Positions 57,161-64,000 of a DNA stretch of 64,000 nt are shown here, piece after piece. The stretch spans positions 74,214,001 to 74,278,000 of the forward strand of contig NC_043003.1 of NCBI RefSeq assembly GCF_006345805.1, read 5' to 3'. The notes under the pieces were generated by a model. It saw nothing but the letters and a program-made list of their open reading frames with translations, was not told where the DNA came from and did no database searches. A program made the translations under genes and the position numbers. Source of the DNA: Octopus sinensis. Its lineage: Eukaryota. How positions within the stretch are numbered: position 1 is the first letter of the stretch; each line of letters begins with the position of its first letter.

Positions 57161-57733
57161 TATATGAATATATACGTCTATCTATCTATCTATCTTTTTC
57201 TCATTCTCCCCCACCACGTTTGTTTGTGTGTGTGTGTTATAGGAATATCAGACCTTGAAGCAGAAAGAACTTTGAATACTAGATTGTAAATATAGCGTAA
57301 AAGACAATTTGGAGAAGAAAAAATGATAGCTTGCTCAGGGACACGAACCCGCATGGTACATAGCCGTGTAAGTGGTCCATTAAATAAAAGATTAGATTTT
57401 TACTTTATTTTTGCCGTATTTTGTATTCTAATATGAATTATTATTTGTTTTCTTTCCACATTTTTTTGTTACGTGATAATCCCAATCTTCATCCTAGTAT
57501 AACAATAACATAGATTCAGCAAATGATTTGGTGTTTATTCTTCAATAACCAATTTACATTCAACTTGTATATATTCATATGTTGACAAATCAAGCTTTTT
57601 TCCATACTGTCTGTATTTGGAGTAAGTGATAAAAAATATGTGGCAGTCTAGCTGCCGTTTAAGATTGCCTCTCAATTGGCGAATGTAACTATAATGCGTG
57701 CGGTGACATAACGCTATGGGATGTCCCAAGAGA

Positions 57734-58047
57734 TGTTCTCCATCATAAGCACGCCGACAGATCGACAGTTCTAATATAAGCAGAGAAACAAGTGCAAGTA
57801 AGTGTATGTGAGACAAAATATTGTGCGAGATACACTGGAGCTTCCATGTATATTTTCTCCAAGTGTGTGCTCTATATTATGGTATGGAGTAATGTTTGAT
57901 TTAATCACATATCAAGCAGATTAAATTGTCATCTTTAAATATTGAATTTTATACAGGCTTCTCCACCTCTGTAATACATGTTGTACTTGTTTCTCTGTTT
58001 ATATTAGAACTGTCGAACTGTCTGTGTGCGTATGATGGAGGGGAACA
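57734..58047. repeat. ~62-bp imperfect inverted repeat
   Basis: tcgacagttctaatataagcagagaaacaagt (~57761-57792) versus acttgtttctctgtttatattagaactgtcga (~57985-58016), extending outward. Confidence 0.85.
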
Positions 58048-58330
58048 TTTATTTCTATATTCCTATATTAAACACTATTCTATGCACTTTACTTATATGT
58101 TTAAATAGTTCTTCATATATAGAGTAAATTAAATAGTTACTCATTTCAATTCAACAGTGATAAGTGGTAGTGTCAAAAATATCCCATTACTTATGTAAAT
58201 CTTCATATCACTTACCTCTATTCACTCCAGTCAATTCAACGTCTGTTCGTAAATAAATAATTCCTATATGACACGACTTTACTCTCATACGTTTCTATGT
58301 AATTATCTGTCCCTTAGACAATTACATATA

Positions 58331-58395
<65 letters not shown>

Positions 58396-60484
58396 CAACG
58401 TGTGTATGTGTGCATCATAAGAGCATACGTCAAAAGACTTAAAACCGATATACTGAGATTTCCTCTATTCTTCACTTCTTTATCTATGATATTATAGAAA
58501 CCACTTTTCTGATATCAGCCCATTTCTACACTATTTTAGATGCAGTTATATCTATACTTATTTCGATATAACTAATAAAGGATGTAATGCCAGTAACAAC
58601 TCCTCCATATCTTTTACTATAATATATCAAATACATTGCAAGAAAATACAGACATCATATGTGACATAAAACAATCAGAGAACATGGAATATTCTCTCTC
58701 CTACAATGAAACAGCAAGAAAGCCAAAAACACGAAGCGTGTTGAAAATAGTACAAATACATATATAGGAAGACATACTACAATTCGGTTCCAGTCCGTTG
58801 ATGCTAAAACTTAAAATAAACCCACAAAACATATAGATACTAGATTTCTATAATTTATATAAACATTATTATATAATAAATATATAAATATATAATTATA
58901 TAATTTTCAGAAGAAGCCTCAACAATGAGGGTATGGATGACATTTTAAAAGTATCAGATTCAATGTTACACTTATTATTTCGTAAATGAAAGCAGACATT
59001 GGACAGTTTAGACTCCACCTCAGCCTTATAGATTTCTTCGATAAGAAGAGTATCAATGATGAGTAAATTTTCCGAACTAAGCCTACTGTACCCCTTAAAA
59101 GAGATGTTACAACAATTTAGATACATACAGAGCCACAATTTCCAAACTTTCTAACAGTGCACATAAATGGAAAGAAACATTCGTCGAAATGAAAATGGAT
59201 CTTTACTAACACGGAAGAACAACAATATAATTATCCTAAACTAAGACAAAAATGGTGGGGTGATAGAGATTAATGATAAATACAAAATATTGAAACATCT
59301 AACAAATCAAAAATACTAAGAGTAGCAAAAAAGAAAGTCAGGATGAAATAAATATGCTCATCTGTAGTTTATAACAAAGGAGGTAAAAAAAAAAGCAAAA
59401 CAAAGGAAGATGCACGTATGATACGTACCTTAGAAGTAGCCCTACGGATGTACCAGTACACACGAGATTGATACATGGCCGACCTAATGCACTTCTCATG
59501 AGGAATTCCGGAAGGAGCTTCGTTAGACCACGGCTGAGACGCTTCAAAAAAAATAAGAAAGAAGAAAAGCTGTTGGAACACCGATTATAGCAGCGACTGC
59601 ATCTAATAATATCTGAAGAAGGAATTTTATTCCGTAATATATCAGACTGTGGATGACTAAATTACAACAGGTATATAGTCCGTTGTTTTTACTATAGTGC
59701 ATTGTTGTACCATTCCAAACATTTTATTCTTTACTATAAGAATATTAATTAATCAAAACTCCGATTCATTCACAAATAAAGAAATGCTGTAGATATGTAA
59801 CTAATTAAAAAAGAGCTATTTCCACAGATACCTGAGATCCACAAAATTTCGGAAATACAGCGTAAAATTCAAAGCAAGTTTTCCACTGGTGCATAAAAGG
59901 GAAACTGACAAATTTTTACACTTCAACTATCACCAATTGGACAATCCCAGAAAATTACCCCTTTCTCTATCTGCGTAAGCACAGGATTAACTATAAAAGG
60001 AAATGCAATTTCAACAATCTCAGAAAAAGTGGTCAGTCACCCTCTCTTACGTTCTCTCCTCTGTCTTCAGCCTTCCTTGTACTCCTTTATTTCACTTTGT
60101 CTTTCCTTTTTCGTTTATCTTTCTCTCTCTAAAGCCTAGAAAGAATCTCATTATAGGCATGGGTACTCCGAAATCCGGGAAAGAGATTGTGATAGTCTTC
60201 AAAATCCGAAGAAAGGTGAAAAACTAGGATTTAAAAGCTATTTAAAGAAACGTATTAAACAAAAACGCGTGGTGGGTGCATTGCCGTCTTTTGCCGTACC
60301 ATCAGATTTTCAACTATTCATGCTCAACAAATATCGATAGTGGCAATGACAATTTCGTTAATACCTCACTGATTGAGTTACTACATTTTTTACGTAAACA
60401 CATACATACACACACATATACACATATACGTGTGTATGTGTGTGTGTGGTGTGTGCGTGTATGTGTGTGTGTGTGTGAAGTGAA

Positions 60485-60845
60485 ATTATTCTATTTTAAG
60501 TGGACGTATTTAGCGTTAAATGTTGAATCAAAAAATATACATTTACGATCCAAGTGTCACTGCTTGAAATTGTGCTTTGATTAAAATCCAAATTATTATG
60601 CGTCCTTAAATTTTACAATTTCAAAATTGTTTGAATGAACTTATACTTTGAATGTGCCAGTTCTGTTTTTCTTATTCCAACGAACGGATTTTATGGGGAA
60701 ATTGAAAGTTTTGGTTCGTGACATAGCACTATCTAAAGATTTTGCGTGCAATTTATTTAATTGCCGATGTATTTTAAATTAAAACTAGCCATTAATGAAA
60801 AAAATGATTGGGAGACATCAGGCCTTTTGACACTTATTTACATTT
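60485..60845 (-). repeat. Right arm of the long-range inverted repeat
   Basis: Reverse complement of 56460-56821 with very few differences. Confidence 0.95.
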
Positions 60846-62377
60846 ACGTACACAAAATTAGTATTTGGAACAGATCCAATATTTGATCGTGTTCTTTATC
60901 AATCCCAGATAGCAATGGTCCACGGGCGTGCTTCTACATCATAAACTATACTGTAATTCGTCATATTTATCCCACGCATGCTATTAATATAGTTTTAGAA
61001 GTGTGAAGCATATATTTAATGTGCTACAAATCGTGCCCTGCGTATTGGAATTGCCATTCTCTTTACTATAAAATCTGCTATTTAGACTCATGTCAAACCA
61101 ACTCAAATATTTGGAACACTATTTCTGGAAAAAATTCATATATTACGTTAGAAGACTTTGCTTCACTTTTTTCTATTTTGATATGGAAATCATTGATCCA
61201 GATGTTATTTTTATGCCTTCCGCTTCCCTTGTATAATATATGTTGTAGATTTCCATTAACGATATTATTAGCACTTACTGATGCAACGTGCACACGCAGC
61301 AATTTTAAATCACATCGCAATCTTCTACCATGACACATTCCGTGTATTCATTTATTCCACCTGTTTTATTTCAATTACCTCCTCTATTAAGTAAATCGCT
61401 ACATTGATCGATCATCAAATGTTCGAACATCGTAATCATTGACGTACTTTTCTTTATTTGTTATTAATACCAATTCCATATTCTAGACGAGCCAATATAA
61501 GTAACTACAACATCAAACACAGATTAACAAACACATTCTCCATAACATTAATTGAATCATGGTGAGTGTCAGAAGGTATTTCGAAAATGAAAATAACAAC
61601 ACTAACTTCAATAACGGAAACAATGCTAATGTCATCCGTTATAGCAATACCGAACCGACAGTGTCATTCGACATGATTGAAGTGTCATCCGAATCTCTTT
61701 GAAATGACATGTAATACACTGATAAAAGAAAGTATCTATTGAAGAATTTTGCCATATATAAGAGCTTTAAAAATAATGGTATTGTTAACATCTTAGCTCT
61801 ATTTCTTCTGTTCTGTAGATTGATGGACGATACAGTTTGGTTAAGAAAGATTCTCAGAACACGAAGACAAATATATTATTCATATTTCACAGTATATAAA
61901 TAGACTTTTAATGTCATAAACACACGCATGCAATCACACCCACACTCAGACACACACGCACGCACGCACACACACTGACACATACACACACACTCGGATT
62001 ACTATTGGTGCTATTATCTTGAATTATATGCCAATAAAAGGGACGGCAAATGGCATGAAATTTCCACCAACAGTTTCAAAAACATCGACGACTCTCCTAC
62101 CTGGAAATTTCTTTGATCTCAGATTACATCTGCACATCACTTTGAATCATATTTAGATAAAAACTGGCAAAGATCCCAGGATGATGCTTCATATTTTGAA
62201 AAAGAAATAGAGAAGAACCAACAAAATTCAATAAAAATGTAAGGAAACGTAATTTTTAGGAAATGTTGGTAATTAAAGTAAATGTGGACACAGGAAATGA
62301 TCACAACTGTAAGGAGAGGGGCACACACCAAAATTACATTATAGATCTTATCAGCCTTTCCATACTAAAATAAATAT

Positions 62378-63063
62378 ATCATGTACATTGTTTTGTCTTC
62401 GTATAAAATATGGGCTACAGCAAATATTCTGCTCAATACCACAGACTTGCTTGTCAGTTGTTTGACCATAACCAGTTGATCCTGTCCCTTAGTGGCTGAC
62501 GATATGTGCATCTCTGATCATGAGCACGAATAGTGGGGGGAGCATCATGGAAGCACTCCGTTACGACGACGAGGGTTCCGGTTGATCCGATCAACGGAAC
62601 AGCCTGCTCGTGAAATTCACGTGTAAGTGGCTGAGCACTCCACAGACACGTGTACCCTTAACGTAATTCTCGGGGATATTCAGCGTGACACAGAGAGTGA
62701 CAAGACCGGCCCTTTGAAATACAGGTACAACAGAAACAGGAAGTAAGAGTGAGAGAAAGTTGTGGTGAAAGAGTACAGCAGGAATCACCACCATCCCTGC
62801 CGGAGCCTCGTGGAGCTTTAGGTGTTTTCACTCAATAAACACTCACAACGCCCGGTCTGGGGATCGAAACCGCGATCCTACGACCGCGAGTTGGCTGCCC
62901 TAACCACTGGGCCATTGCGCCTCCACGGGGGAGCATCATAGCTGTGTGTTGAAAGGAACTCTTGGAGGTTTGGATAATTCACCTCTGGAAACTTGGGGGG
63001 GTTCGTTCAACATCCTTAAACAATCCTTATTCAGGTACCTTTTGAGCGGGATGGGCTACTCGA
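62378..63063 (+). mobile_element. Truncated 556-bp element in opposite orientation, interrupted by a SINE
   Basis: Reverse complement of the middle of 28832-29387 (atcatgtacattg...gggatgggctactc), split at 62549-62926. Confidence 0.88.
62549..62926 (-). mobile_element. Full-length tRNA-derived SINE, family D, with 13-bp target-site duplication
   Basis: Head ggaggcgcaatggcccagtggttagg..ggtttcgatcccc; duplication gggggagcatcat at 62536-62548 and 62927-62939. Confidence 0.94.
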
Positions 63064-64000
63064 CAAGCTTCTATCAAATTAGATACCGATACTACCAACA
63101 TGGAACTTGATCCACGAGGAAGCTATAAATATTTGGGGATAAACAACTGAGATAGAATACAACATGGTATTGTATATCGTATAGGAAAAAATAATAAATG
63201 AGTATTACAGAATAGTAAAACTTGTAATAAAAACTTAACTCAACCCCACAAATCGCATCGGAGTCATTATCACACTGGCACTTCCAGATTTAAAACCATC
63301 AACTTGAATCTTACAGAATTCCAGCGCCTGGATAGGAACACAAGAAAGCTACTAACATATAAAAACATGCACCACTCAAAAGCAGATGTTGATCGTCTGT
63401 ACCTTCCCTAGAATTAATCGGGGAAGGGGAATGATACAGGTAGAACTGTGCTATAGGACCACCACAATAGCATTGAACAAGTACTTATCTAGTAATGAAA
63501 ACTGGATGCTGCGAGCTGCGGATTGTGTGCAAACAAGAAAGCAGCAAAAAATCAAATTTTATTGTCAAAGAAGTTTGCAATGTTGCAAACTATCTCGGTA
63601 TTAACTCTGTTAGATGATGAACTTGAAACCACTGCCACCAAAGAAAACGGAACAAACAGACTGTAAAAATGAACGGGCAGATACAAATTGAGGATCAGTG
63701 GAACAGAAGCCTCTACATGGACAGTATATACTTCGAAGCTGAAATGCTGTTGTAGATTAAGCAACAAACCATCAGTAGCTCAGAAGCTCCGGACTGAAAG
63801 CAGAGAGAGACAGAAGGTTTCATATTAATGGCAAAAGAACAAAGCCCGCTTATCTAAAACTACCAGGTTAACATTTTTCAAAACGGTTCTGATCCTAAAT
63901 GCATATTTTATGAAACATTTGATAAAACAATACACCATCTCGTCTCGGGATGCCCTGGACTGACACCAAACAATTACAAAAGTCACCACTATAGTTTAGG
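63064..64000 (+). mobile_element. Decayed R4/Dong RT-to-CCHC fragment running off the window end
   Basis: SYKYLGI (~63121), MHHSKADVDRLYLPR..GRG, LRSSGLKAE and TIHHLVSGC; frameshifted. Confidence 0.9.

Noticed and set aside
58896-59138. 80-aa non-repetitive ORF as a host exon
   Set aside because: Non-ATG start, no recognisable motif and no convincing splice sites.
62850-62926. tRNA genes here and at 45460-45533 and 13345-13418
   Set aside because: The tRNA-like heads continue into repeat bodies (one with a target-site duplication), so they are SINEs.

Overview
AT-rich, repeat-saturated animal genomic DNA with no confidently identifiable host gene. The extreme (TA)n/(TAA)n/(CA)n microsatellite density and the tRNA-SINE types suggest a cephalopod (Octopus-like) genome; this is inference. 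Most short ORFs in the track are microsatellite translations. Recognisable content: a near full-length R4/Dong-clade retrotransposon (24052-~28110, minus; one nonsense codon and one frameshift) and about ten older fragments, several at (TAA)n arrays; a 556-bp non-coding element at the same arrays (5 copies); four tRNA-derived SINE families; a non-autonomous Helitron; and Tc1, RTE, L1/Tx1-like and Penelope remnants. The most striking signal is a set of non-coding inserts in (TA)n tracts that carry type-I hammerhead ribozyme (HHR) motifs and are arranged as palindromes or inverted repeats. The best example is a 536-bp tandem unit folded into a palindrome with 733-bp arms (43329-44926). Its HHR is fully canonical but has an unusually long stem II and a palindromic stem-III loop. 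This points to a retrozyme / Penelope pseudo-LTR system. All folds and alignments were done by eye, and boundaries of decayed elements are approximate.
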